A DNA stretch of 52,669 bases from Thermoplasmata archaeon (GTDB taxonomy: Archaea > Thermoplasmatota > Thermoplasmata > Lutacidiplasmatales > JAMCUS01), in NCBI GenBank assembly GCA_049966015.1, contig JBMFVL010000003.1, positions 1 through 52,669 on the forward strand, written 5' to 3'. Under the pieces are notes generated by a model that was given only the letters and a program-made list of their open reading frames with translations, had not been told where the DNA came from and made no database searches. Position 1 is the first letter of the stretch, and each line of letters opens with the position of its first letter. The position numbers were made by a program, and so were the translations under genes. Shown here one piece after another: positions 1 through 9,119 of the stretch.

Positions 1-77
1 GTTGCGGTTCAATGAAACTCCACTCGGTGGAGGGGAGACCAGCAGCAAGCCCATTCCGTCATGGAGGGGTAGTTGAC
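1..77 (+). mobile_element. IS200/IS605-family element terminus (probable tnpB right end / omega-RNA 3' scaffold), truncated by the window edge
   Basis: GC-rich island in AT-rich DNA. Hairpin CTCCAC-TCG-GTGGAG (18-32) is followed by AAGCCCATTCCGTCATGGAGGGGTAGTTGAC (47-77), the subterminal hairpin plus GGGGTAGTTGAC pattern I recognise from IS605-type ends. Confidence 0.7.
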
Positions 78-82
78 ATGGT

Positions 83-973
83 TTATAGGGGGTATGAAAA
101 ATCTTCAGCCCCTAAGTTGTTCATTTGGTACATTATTTCTTCTGCGTGTAATGTATAATTTCGGATTGTTTTCAATATTTCTGTACTGTGAGGGCAGTTG
201 CTTATTAATAGCTGGTCAAGGTTCCTTATGTATAAATCACCTAGAACGAAGTATCTGTTTATTATTGTGAGTATACCATAACTATAGTTCCATGGCTTGT
301 CCGTTGAATACTGGTACTCTTTCCATAATGAATTAATTTTTTGGGTTATGAACTCTATTTTTTTGGATAGTGTTATTGCATTATTTGTAGAACTAAATAT
401 TGTTCTTCTTTTATATGTATTTAATATGTCGTCAGAAAATTTATTTTCAATATCTTCCAATATTTTTTTCAGGGGCTTTACATAATAATAATTTTGTATG
501 GATAATAAAAGTTGTGGTAAAGGGGATACAACCTTTCTTTTTCCCATTATCAGAGATAACGCCGATTCATAAGACAGGTATTTGTTTTTATCTATGTCTT
601 TGCTCATAAGGGCTATGCAGGTAGCGCTTGGGGACCTGTTTATACCCCCATAGCAGGTGAATATTATTTTCATGCCTTTGTTGTATTTTACTTTGGCAGT
701 ATAGATTATTTTATTAATGTTTTCTAATTTTATGTATTTGCCATTTTCCAGAGGGATATGTGTATAATCTAGACCGTATTTTAAAACTTCGGGACTTAAG
801 TCAATTTCTTCTGCCATATTTATAATGGAAATATTTTCATGTTTAGTTTCTAGGTAATTCAATAACTCATAGTAAGAGGATATAGCAAAATTGCCAGTAA
901 TCCACGTTAATCCGTAATATTTTTTTTCTGTAACTTGATTTAATATATCTTCAGTATTATCCATATATATCAC
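83..973 (-). CDS. Dual-specificity protein phosphatase family protein with an uncharacterised C-terminal extension
   Basis: CX5R P-loop FTCYGGINRS, upstream WITGN and HIPLE motifs, and the downstream KRKVVSP motif typical of DSPs. Confidence 0.75.
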   Translation of the reverse strand: MIYMDNTEDILNQVTEKKYYGLTWITGNFAISSYYELLNYLETKHENISIINMAEEIDLSPEVLKYGLDYTHIPLENGKYIKLENINKIIYTAKVKYNKGMKIIFTCYGGINRSPSATCIALMSKDIDKNKYLSYESALSLIMGKRKVVSPLPQLLLSIQNYYYVKPLKKILEDIENKFSDDILNTYKRRTIFSSTNNAITLSKKIEFITQKINSLWKEYQYSTDKPWNYSYGILTIINRYFVLGDLYIRNLDQLLISNCPHSTEILKTIRNYTLHAEEIMYQMNNLGAEDFSYPL

Positions 974-974
974 T

Positions 975-2726
975 TCATATAATAGAAACCGAATACATAA
1001 ATAAAATAAACAAAAGCGTTGCGGACATTGCTAGTATATAAGGAGTTAATCCAAAACTCATGGCTAGACCATCCTCTAATTTTGAAGAACCTTTATCACC
1101 GAATACCAATACATCTTCTACCGTGATATAATTTGTGTTTACCTCTACAGATTCTAAATCGTTTATTGCTTTTTTTATCATATTTTCAATTTCATTCTGG
1201 TAGTATATCCCGTTATTTCCAAATGGATTGAAGCCCATGGAAGCATTGACAAAATGATTATCCGTTGTCAAAATTTCGAAATCTTCAAAATATTGCTTCA
1301 TAATGCTAGCAATCTTTTCATATGCGTTGTTGAGTATATTGTTTGAATCCAATAATAGCAAAGCATATTTTTTAAAATTTATTTCAAAAACAGCTAATTG
1401 CATACCCATTGGACCGACTGTATCTTCATTATCTATTTTAATAGAGGAGTATCCCAGCTTGAATGGATATTGTTCTGCTCCTTTTAAATGCACTATTGCC
1501 TGTTCAACTTCTTTAAGCAGGGCATCACCTTCTTTTGTCGCATACTTGATTCTCCCTTCGTTTACATGAAAAGAATTGTGTGCATCGATGTATATTCCAA
1601 GGCTGTTTACTTTACTGGGCATTTGATTGATTATTTCACCTAATGGGCGATCTACATCATCTGTAGGGTTAGGATATCTTGAACCTATAAATACGTACAG
1701 ATTCCCTATTTTGGCTGCCCTCATATTGGAGCCTTCAATTTTTATAAAGGGGGTCATTGTGCTTTGGTATTCATTTTCATGCACTATTTTTTCTTTGATT
1801 TTTAAGGCTATCTTTCTAGCGTCATCAGATTTTGTCATATTGTCTGCGTGCGTACTTGCGCTGTGAAATACCATTATAGATTGTGCTACATCTTTTAATT
1901 CATTGTATAGCTTATATGGGATATTACTTCCTCCAAGATTATAGAACGGTCCAGGGTGTATAGAGGGAACAACAAATAACAGTTTGATACCTTTTTTGTT
2001 TCTAAAGGATACATTGCATACATTTACATTTTTTTTAATGGAAAATTTGGTGAAAAAATTTTCAAGGTATATCCTTGAATCGGGGCTATCGTCAGTAATA
2101 TGATCTATTGTATATTTAAGCAATATTGGACTTCCGAATCCAATTAATCGTTTATATGGTATTGATAATATTTCCAATACTATATATGCCATTAAAATTG
2201 CAAGTATAAGCATGAAAATAATATACTGGTACAAAAATATCGTCGAGAAAAAGAGATATAAAATTGCTATGAAGTTTAATAAATAGAAGGTTAAAGATAC
2301 TATTACTGATTTATTAAATGATTCTGTTGCAGTGGAAGCATTGGATACAATCTCAAACCATAATGCCATGCTCAATCCTACAAGGTACAGTTTTTCTAAG
2401 GAGAAAGTCATTCCAAACTCTAAAGATACTCTGTATATAACTACTATTAAACCTATAAACAACAATGCCAGGAAAGTTAGTAATCCAGTTCTCCTTAAAT
2501 AGGTATTGCCTTTCATTATTTTTATTTCGTAATATTGTACCAGAGGAGTAGTAACATTTGCTATAACCATAGCAATGAATGTAAGGATAAAATGGGTATC
2601 GATTTGGAAATATATTAAATAACTGATAACTAGAGAGGCAATGGATATAAGCATTAGAGATAAGCCTGGTGGAGGGGAGGTAAAAAGGAATCTGCTAATT
2701 TTTTGGAATTGCTTTTTATGTTTCAT
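975..2726 (-). CDS. DUF2070-family membrane protein (COG3356-like)
   Basis: N-terminal multi-TM region; motifs PSIHPGPF, FHSASTH, IDAHNS, DSNN, TTDNH; C-terminal TM helix. Confidence 0.8.
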   Translation of the reverse strand: MKHKKQFQKISRFLFTSPPPGLSLMLISIASLVISYLIYFQIDTHFILTFIAMVIANVTTPLVQYYEIKIMKGNTYLRRTGLLTFLALLFIGLIVVIYRVSLEFGMTFSLEKLYLVGLSMALWFEIVSNASTATESFNKSVIVSLTFYLLNFIAILYLFFSTIFLYQYIIFMLILAILMAYIVLEILSIPYKRLIGFGSPILLKYTIDHITDDSPDSRIYLENFFTKFSIKKNVNVCNVSFRNKKGIKLLFVVPSIHPGPFYNLGGSNIPYKLYNELKDVAQSIMVFHSASTHADNMTKSDDARKIALKIKEKIVHENEYQSTMTPFIKIEGSNMRAAKIGNLYVFIGSRYPNPTDDVDRPLGEIINQMPSKVNSLGIYIDAHNSFHVNEGRIKYATKEGDALLKEVEQAIVHLKGAEQYPFKLGYSSIKIDNEDTVGPMGMQLAVFEINFKKYALLLLDSNNILNNAYEKIASIMKQYFEDFEILTTDNHFVNASMGFNPFGNNGIYYQNEIENMIKKAINDLESVEVNTNYITVEDVLVFGDKGSSKLEDGLAMSFGLTPYILAMSATLLFILFMYSVSII

Positions 2727-3474
2727 TTTTTAGGTTCTCCGTTGCCTTTATAATATCATTTAACATGCTATAATTTTTGCTTTTTTCTAGTAAAGTTCCT
2801 GTAACAATTATGTCTGCACCAGCCCTCAATATTTTTTCAGCTATGATAGAATTGGTAATCCCTCCTCCTACAATTACTGGAATTTTTATATTCCTTTTTA
2901 CTCCTGCAATAATCTCTTCCGATACAGGTGTATATGCCCCTGATCCTGCTTCAAGATATACCATTTTCATTCCGTAATATTCAGCAGTTATTGCATAGGC
3001 TATTGCCTTTTCTACCTCGTTGCTTTTTATAAGATCCGCCTTGCCTACTTCACCCACCTTCATTCCTGGCTCAATTACAATATACCCTAATGGAATAGGT
3101 TCCAGATTGAGCTTCTTTATTATCGGTGCTCCACGCATTTGTTGCCTTACAAGGAATTCGATGCTATTGGAATTCAACAACATCATAAAATATATTGCAT
3201 CTGCATATCTAGATATGCCATTTGCGTTGCCTGGAAATAATATTACGGGTTTATCAGTATGTTTTTTTATGGTTAGTATTATTTCATCTAGATGGCTTTG
3301 AGAAAAATCTGTAGAACCACCTACCATGAATGCGTATGTACCTAGTTTATCTGACGCTTTAACTTTTTCAGTTACACTCTCCATTGTTTCTTTTTCTGGA
3401 TCTATGAGAGTCATATGTAATTTTTTTTTATTAAGTCCGTTTTGTATGTAATCAAAAACGTTCATAAAAGTCAC
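2716..3474 (-). CDS. Geranylgeranylglyceryl phosphate synthase (PcrB family)
   Basis: LIDPEK, MVGGS, LFPG, YLEAGSGA, VGGGI and GADIIVTGT motifs. Confidence 0.95.
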   Translation of the reverse strand: MTFMNVFDYIQNGLNKKKLHMTLIDPEKETMESVTEKVKASDKLGTYAFMVGGSTDFSQSHLDEIILTIKKHTDKPVILFPGNANGISRYADAIYFMMLLNSNSIEFLVRQQMRGAPIIKKLNLEPIPLGYIVIEPGMKVGEVGKADLIKSNEVEKAIAYAITAEYYGMKMVYLEAGSGAYTPVSEEIIAGVKRNIKIPVIVGGGITNSIIAEKILRAGADIIVTGTLLEKSKNYSMLNDIIKATENLKNET

Positions 3475-3887
3475 TCATTTTTAATTGTTATTATGTGATC
3501 AATTCTGGCAGATTCTTTCAGAGCAATGGATACAGAACAATATTTATCTTTAGACAGATCAACTGCTTTTTTTACCTTATCATAATCCAGATTTTTTCCG
3601 CTAACGATATATTCTATAACAATATGCTTGTAAATTTTGGGATATTCCTCTGCCCTTTCACCAGTAACTTTTACGTTTAAACCAGATACTTCCTGGCGCT
3701 CTTTTTTTAAAATCGATATTATGTCCATTCCTGTACACCCTCCAATGGACATTAGCAATAATTCCATTGGTCCTGTGACAGATTTGTCGTTGTCATCAAC
3801 AGGGTTTCCTAGTAAGACCTTGTTACCACGCTTTCCTATCGCTTCGAAATTCATGTTGTCTTTCCATATAACGTTTACTTCTGCCAT
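3471..3887 (-). CDS. OsmC family protein
   Basis: GPMELLL..GGCTGMD and KYCSVS two-cysteine motifs. Confidence 0.9.
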   Translation of the reverse strand: MAEVNVIWKDNMNFEAIGKRGNKVLLGNPVDDNDKSVTGPMELLLMSIGGCTGMDIISILKKERQEVSGLNVKVTGERAEEYPKIYKHIVIEYIVSGKNLDYDKVKKAVDLSKDKYCSVSIALKESARIDHIITIKNE

Positions 3888-4262
3888 AATGTATCCTTTT
3901 TATAATATTGTTTTCTATATTTAAGGATTATAGCTAAGTTAAGGATGTTGTGGTTAAGTATAGTGAGGATGCAATAAAATGCTTCATTGGCCAATTACTC
4001 AATGTGTAAGAATCGTTGTTTATACGAATGAAGGCACGGATTCCGAGGAACATCTGAGTACTCCGAAAGTTTGAATATACCATGTTGCTCACATCTGACC
4101 AAACATCAGGGTTTGATGTAGTTGTTAAGCCTGGAGTAAAGTAATATATAGCCTTATGCTTTGTTGTAGAGGATATTGGATTTCTTTCTGTAACACCATT
4201 CTTATGATAGCAAGGCAATAAAATACAAATGTTTAGAAAGATTAATAAAACCCCTTTGAAAT

Positions 4263-4967
4263 ATGATTATTATGTCAAAAAAGAAAAATGATAGAGAAAC
4301 CCCTAAAGCAAATAGAGAACCTGCAGACAAGAAAGCAATGACTAAGAAAAATGTACCTAAACCCCAGAAGAAGGATTTTATAGATATCGAATTCCCCAAT
4401 ACCTACGGTGGAATGGTGAAAATGAAGGTGGAATATAAAGATGATGTTTTAAGTTTTTATGATTATATGACACCAGAAGGCATAAGTGAAGATGAAAAAT
4501 TTGAATATCTGCTTGGAATGAAGGAGATGGATACCGATGATAGCAAGATGCAACATTTCATGGACTTACCTTACAGAATAGATAACAAAAGATTGATACT
4601 AGATGAAAAATCTCTTGTTAAAAAATATGTAACGGAGGATTCTGAGCAGACAGAAGAGGAATGCTTAGAGCATGCCTATAATATGCTTAACAAATATCTC
4701 GATTACCATGAACAATTTGATGACTTGGTTGATAGTCTGGGTGAGGACGAAATAGATGACAATGATGATGCACAATATCTTCTTGAACATATGGCACAGC
4801 TCATGTTCCTTGGTCAGGATTCTGAACTTGAAGAGAATGAACCAGTAGAGATGGATACAAAGCATATAATGGCATCTGTTTTCTGTACGCTTATTGGGGA
4901 ACTCCAGGATGGCGAATTATCTGACTTTGTAGAAAAAAAAGGTATAGAAGAAATAGATATACAATAA
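4263..4967 (+). CDS. Hypothetical protein with a basic N-terminus and a highly acidic body
   Basis: 234-aa ORF with coding-like composition; D/E-rich; no recognised motif. Confidence 0.7.
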   Translation: MIIMSKKKNDRETPKANREPADKKAMTKKNVPKPQKKDFIDIEFPNTYGGMVKMKVEYKDDVLSFYDYMTPEGISEDEKFEYLLGMKEMDTDDSKMQHFMDLPYRIDNKRLILDEKSLVKKYVTEDSEQTEEECLEHAYNMLNKYLDYHEQFDDLVDSLGEDEIDDNDDAQYLLEHMAQLMFLGQDSELEENEPVEMDTKHIMASVFCTLIGELQDGELSDFVEKKGIEEIDIQ

Positions 4968-4988
4968 ATTTTTTATTGTGGATAATTC

Positions 4989-5588
4989 ATGGATATCATA
5001 TCTTTAGCTATTGTTGATATTGTAGGGGTTCTAGCTAAGTATGGGTATGCCATGATTTTTATTTTTATGTTTCTGGAAAGTGCATACGTACCAATCCCGA
5101 GCGAGGTAATAATGCCTTTTTCTGGATATCTTGCATATATTGGCTCTTTGAACTTTTTCTACGCATTGATCATTGGTGTAACGGGAAACTTATTTGGGTC
5201 TATTTTTGGATACTATATTGCATACACAATAGGGGAAGATAAGTTGATATCTTTCGGCAAATATATTTTTATTAACAAAAAAGAAATTGAAAAAGCAAAA
5301 AAGTATTTTCAAGAATATGGCAATATTACAATATTTTTCAGCAGGGTTTTACCAGCTATAAGAACGTATATTGCGCTACCAGCAGGAATTTACAGGATCA
5401 ATATCTATTATTATGCTTCACTTACCTTTGCCGGTTCTTTAATATGGTGCGCTATTTTGGAATATATTGGTTATAAACTTGGAAGTTCGTGGGATCTGAT
5501 TTTGTATTCACCTTTACACACAGTTCTTCTTGTTGTGGCTTTGGTATTTGTTATTGCTATAATATACAAAATATATAGAGAAAATTAA
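4989..5588 (+). CDS. DedA family membrane protein
   Basis: LESAYVPIPSEVIMPFSG and FFSRVLPAIRTYIALPAG signatures. Confidence 0.95.
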   Translation: MDIISLAIVDIVGVLAKYGYAMIFIFMFLESAYVPIPSEVIMPFSGYLAYIGSLNFFYALIIGVTGNLFGSIFGYYIAYTIGEDKLISFGKYIFINKKEIEKAKKYFQEYGNITIFFSRVLPAIRTYIALPAGIYRINIYYYASLTFAGSLIWCAILEYIGYKLGSSWDLILYSPLHTVLLVVALVFVIAIIYKIYREN

Positions 5589-6499
5589 TGCACTGTACCC
5601 TTACCGTAAATCCTTGGTATTCTGTCCAGATATACTATTGCAACTGGCATGCCGTCTATTATTGGGATCTCTTTGGGTAATTCTACGGACAATTGCCCGT
5701 TTTTTACGTCAGTTATCTCTGCATTGATATCGTTCATTAAGAAATCAATATGGATTTTTTGACCTTTCTGTATTTCATATTGCACTGGATATTTTTTAAA
5801 TTCGATTGTTATTGATTTTTTTGTGGGGTAGGGATTATTGGACAATATTGCCCCCTTTTCCAGGTCTTCTACATTGGCGTTTTTTAAAGCGATACCTACC
5901 CTTGTTCCATTCTCAGCCATGTTGATCTCTACATCGTGTGATTGTATAGATCGAATTTCAGCTTGCTTTTCAGTAGGATATATGCGTATTGTATCATGTT
6001 TATTTATCCTGCCATCTTTTACAAAACCAAGTGCAACTGTGCCAGTTCCTTTAACCACAAAATATTGATCAACGACTACGTATCCTTTTTTTTCGATATT
6101 ATCATATGGCAACGATTCAATAAAAGAGGTCAAAGAAGCCATGTCATCGCTTATATATTGGTAATTTTCAAGCACTGTGCCCTGCGCTATCTTGGAAATT
6201 GTACTTTTTTTATAACTATCGCAGATTATAGCACCATTTTTTATTCCAAAAGCATCTAAAGCGAGGATTACTTCTCCCAGGTCTTTGCCAAGTTCATCTA
6301 CCTTTATTATGGCTGCCTGGGATATTGACGCGGATAATGTCAGTGGAAAAATTTTTTCTGGAAATCTAAAAGGTACTAAAAAAGTCCATATGTTTTCTCC
6401 CACTTTTCTGCTGTAATACTTTATATCTGTTTCAGAATCTTTTTTGGCGATGTTTTTTACGGTATTTTCCATATTATATGTAAATACGGTTAAATGCAT
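5585..6499 (-). CDS. SelB/EF-Tu-like translation factor homologue with a degenerate G-domain
   Basis: Domain II motifs VDQYFVVKGTGTVALG, IRSIQSH and GTRVGIALK; no GxxxxGK P-loop. ATG is at 6499 or 6472. Confidence 0.8.
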   Translation of the reverse strand: MHLTVFTYNMENTVKNIAKKDSETDIKYYSRKVGENIWTFLVPFRFPEKIFPLTLSASISQAAIIKVDELGKDLGEVILALDAFGIKNGAIICDSYKKSTISKIAQGTVLENYQYISDDMASLTSFIESLPYDNIEKKGYVVVDQYFVVKGTGTVALGFVKDGRINKHDTIRIYPTEKQAEIRSIQSHDVEINMAENGTRVGIALKNANVEDLEKGAILSNNPYPTKKSITIEFKKYPVQYEIQKGQKIHIDFLMNDINAEITDVKNGQLSVELPKEIPIIDGMPVAIVYLDRIPRIYGKGTVH

Positions 6500-6574
6500 G
6501 TTTTCATGTATGCAGATATAAGATTTAAATGTATCATGCCAAAGTTTTTTTTAATAGATTGCATTAATAGATTA

Positions 6575-7249
6575 ATGATTTTAGCTTCTTTGTTATCAGG
6601 CGGGAAAGATTCTGTTTATAGTACATATTACATGTCTTCGATTGGCAATATTGTAAAATACGCTATAACTGTGTATCCTCAAGCCCCAGACTCACTTATG
6701 TTTCACACACCTAATCTGTTAGTTGCTCCATGGGTTGCAAAGGCACTGGGTTGCGAACATATTTCCATTAAAAGTGTATCAAATGATACAGACATAGCTG
6801 TGTTAGAAAATGTTTTGAAAAAATTGAAAATTCAGGGCATTGTTGCTGGCGCAATAAGGTCTAATTTTCAATGGAGCCAATTGAACGATATGGCAGAAAG
6901 GCTCAGCCTTCCTCTGTTTGCACCTTTGTGGAGAAAAGATGAAGAGATAGCCCTTAACCATGAAATAGAATCAGGGATGGAAATATACTTTTCTTCAGTT
7001 AGTGCAGAAGGGTTATCCATGGATTTAGTTGGACGTAAATTAGATAAAAATATGCTGAATCATTTAATTGAGGTTAGAAAGAAGTATAAAATTAATATTT
7101 CTGGCGAAGGAGGGGAATACGAAACTGTTGTACTAAATGCCCCTTTTTTCAAATATAGTATAAATGTTATTAAAGCCGATATAATAAAAGAAAATAACAG
7201 GGCTTTTTGGAATATTGAAAAGTTTGATGTTATAAACAAGGAGATGTAA
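6575..7249 (+). CDS. dph6: Diphthine--ammonia ligase (Dph6 family)
   Basis: LLSGGKDS PP-loop, SLMFHTPN, PLWR and GEGGEYET motifs. Start moved to the ATG at 6575 (track gives 6494). Confidence 0.9.
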   Translation: MILASLLSGGKDSVYSTYYMSSIGNIVKYAITVYPQAPDSLMFHTPNLLVAPWVAKALGCEHISIKSVSNDTDIAVLENVLKKLKIQGIVAGAIRSNFQWSQLNDMAERLSLPLFAPLWRKDEEIALNHEIESGMEIYFSSVSAEGLSMDLVGRKLDKNMLNHLIEVRKKYKINISGEGGEYETVVLNAPFFKYSINVIKADIIKENNRAFWNIEKFDVINKEM

Positions 7250-7251
7250 AT

Positions 7252-8367
7252 ATGCCATACATAAAAAGTTCATATTCAGTGCCATTTGGGAAAATTGCTA
7301 TGTCTTTAATAGACATGGCTGTTGAAGTGGGTAGAAAGGTAATAGAGGATTCCAACAGAAAGCCAGATGCAGTTATAATAGGGTCTATGCTGGCAGAAGA
7401 ACTTTATGGGATACAGAATATTGCTTCTAAAGTGGTAGATAGCCTAGGGATTTATGGGATTCCATCATTTAAAATGGATACTGCCTCTTCGACAGGAGCT
7501 TTGCTGGTTCATGAAGCAGTATATAGATTGTATTCGAATAGTTTTTCCAATATCCTTGTAATAGGTGCTGAAAAAATGAATATTGCAGATACAAGAAAGG
7601 TCACTACTGTTTTAAGCCATGTTTTAAGCGATAATGAACAAAAGCACGGTGCTACCATGCCTTCCATGGCGGCACTTATTGCAAAGCATTACATGAGGTT
7701 ATACAATGCTCCCTACGAAGCTTTTGCACATGTGGCAATCAAAAATCATCATAACGCAACTTTAAACCCGATCAGCCATTTGAAGAAGGAGATAACACTT
7801 GAGGATGTATTGTCAAGCAAGTTTATTGCTGAACCTTTGCGTTTATACGATTGCGCCCCCATTTCCGACGGCGCGACTGCCATGATGATTTCAAAAGAAA
7901 AGAGCGATGTGGAGATTATAGGAATCGGGCAATCTACCGATAACGTTAATCTTTTGGACAGGAACTTCATCGATGGTTTTTACTCTACACAGATGGCAAG
8001 CAGAAGAGCTTTTGAAATGGCGGGGATAAATGTTAAGGAAATAGATATCGCAGAAATTCACGACGCCTTTACTCCTTTTGAGATTATCGGAATGGAGGAT
8101 ATAGGCATATCCAGGAAGGGAGAGGGATGGAAGGATGTTATGGAGGGAAAAACTTCTTTAGAGGGAGAAATTCCTGTAAATACATCAGGAGGTCTTAAAG
8201 CGAGGGGACACCCTGTTTCAGTATCTGGTTTAGCTCAAATAGAAGAGATATACCTGCAATTATCCAATAAAGCTGGAAAAAGACAGGTCGATTCCAGGAT
8301 TGGTATTGCGCAGAGCATTGGGGGTTTGGCAACCAATAATTTTGTTACAATTTTAAGGAGGGTATGA
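7252..8367 (+). CDS. Thiolase-family (acetyl-CoA acetyltransferase / SCP-x-like) protein
   Basis: GAEKM, KNH.NA..NP, PLRLYDCAPISDGA, EIHDAF and NTSGGLKARGHP motifs. Confidence 0.9.
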   Translation: MPYIKSSYSVPFGKIAMSLIDMAVEVGRKVIEDSNRKPDAVIIGSMLAEELYGIQNIASKVVDSLGIYGIPSFKMDTASSTGALLVHEAVYRLYSNSFSNILVIGAEKMNIADTRKVTTVLSHVLSDNEQKHGATMPSMAALIAKHYMRLYNAPYEAFAHVAIKNHHNATLNPISHLKKEITLEDVLSSKFIAEPLRLYDCAPISDGATAMMISKEKSDVEIIGIGQSTDNVNLLDRNFIDGFYSTQMASRRAFEMAGINVKEIDIAEIHDAFTPFEIIGMEDIGISRKGEGWKDVMEGKTSLEGEIPVNTSGGLKARGHPVSVSGLAQIEEIYLQLSNKAGKRQVDSRIGIAQSIGGLATNNFVTILRRV

Positions 8368-8648
8368 ACATGGAAGGTATAGAATGTATGGAATGTCATT
8401 TCAGAAGCTATATACAATACAGCAAATGCATTAAATGTGGGTCTGAAACAAAAAAGATTTTGTTGCCAGACGAGGGGATATTAATGTATCTCACTATAAA
8501 TAGGTCACCTCCTGAAAATTGGGAGAACGTAAAAATTGGTATTGGAAAATTCGATGATTTGTTGGTCCTTGGAAATGTAGGTGAAGGGATATCTGAAGGG
8601 GATAGTATCAAAATGATTAAGAGAGACGCCCGATTTTTCTTTGAATAA
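8364..8648 (+). CDS. DUF35 Zn-ribbon/OB-fold thiolase partner
   Basis: CxxC...CxxC N-terminus followed by an OB-fold-like segment; overlaps the thiolase stop (ATGA). Confidence 0.85.
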   Translation: MNMEGIECMECHFRSYIQYSKCIKCGSETKKILLPDEGILMYLTINRSPPENWENVKIGIGKFDDLLVLGNVGEGISEGDSIKMIKRDARFFFE

Positions 8649-8649
8649 T

Positions 8650-8811
8650 TTATTTATGGTATGTCATTGAGTAAATACCCAGTGACATGAATACAACGAC
8701 CCCGCCAAATATCCACATAACATTACCTTTAGCACCGTAAATAGCGTACACAATCATTAACAGCGGTGCCAAAATGGTTAATATATAAACAATCGCTTTG
8801 GTCCATTCCAT
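8650..8811 (-). CDS. Small 53-aa two-TM membrane protein (not in the ORF track)
   Basis: Manual translation MEWTKAIVYILTILAPLLMIVYAIYGAKGNVMWIFGGVVVFMSLGIYSMTYHK*; fills the gap between the flanking genes. Confidence 0.7.
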   Translation of the reverse strand: MEWTKAIVYILTILAPLLMIVYAIYGAKGNVMWIFGGVVVFMSLGIYSMTYHK

Positions 8812-8828
8812 GCTAATCCCGTATCACA

Positions 8829-9083
8829 TCAGATATACATGTTATTATATTTATCTTTAATGGATTTAATTTTTGATATTTTAGCAATTGCTTTAGAAAA
8901 ATCAGTATTGCCTTCTTTGGTTATTTCTACATATCCTTTTTTTTCCAGCTTTTTCAATAACCGTATTACTTCTATTCTAGATGTTTTCAATTCTTTTGCA
9001 ATTGCTTCAACTTTCATCATATAATTTTTTTCTAACAGGGATATAACTTTATGTTCCTTTTCATCAATACCTTTATCCTTCAT
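8829..9083 (-). CDS. Small winged-helix DNA-binding protein (MarR/TrmB-like HTH)
   Basis: IAKELKTSRIEVIRLLKKLEKKGYVE wHTH pattern. Confidence 0.8.
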   Translation of the reverse strand: MKDKGIDEKEHKVISLLEKNYMMKVEAIAKELKTSRIEVIRLLKKLEKKGYVEITKEGNTDFSKAIAKISKIKSIKDKYNNMYI

Positions 9084-9119
9084 TTGAATACCCTAAAAAA
9101 TATTGGAAAGATGTTTGAT

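Noticed and set aside
3934-4218. 94-aa minus-strand ORF as a real gene
   Set aside because: TTG start, atypical S/T-rich composition and no motif; kept only as a low-interest unexplained tract.
5585-6499. Evidence for selenocysteine decoding
   Set aside because: The protein lacks GTPase motifs, and I noticed no in-frame TGA selenoprotein or tRNA-Sec in the window.
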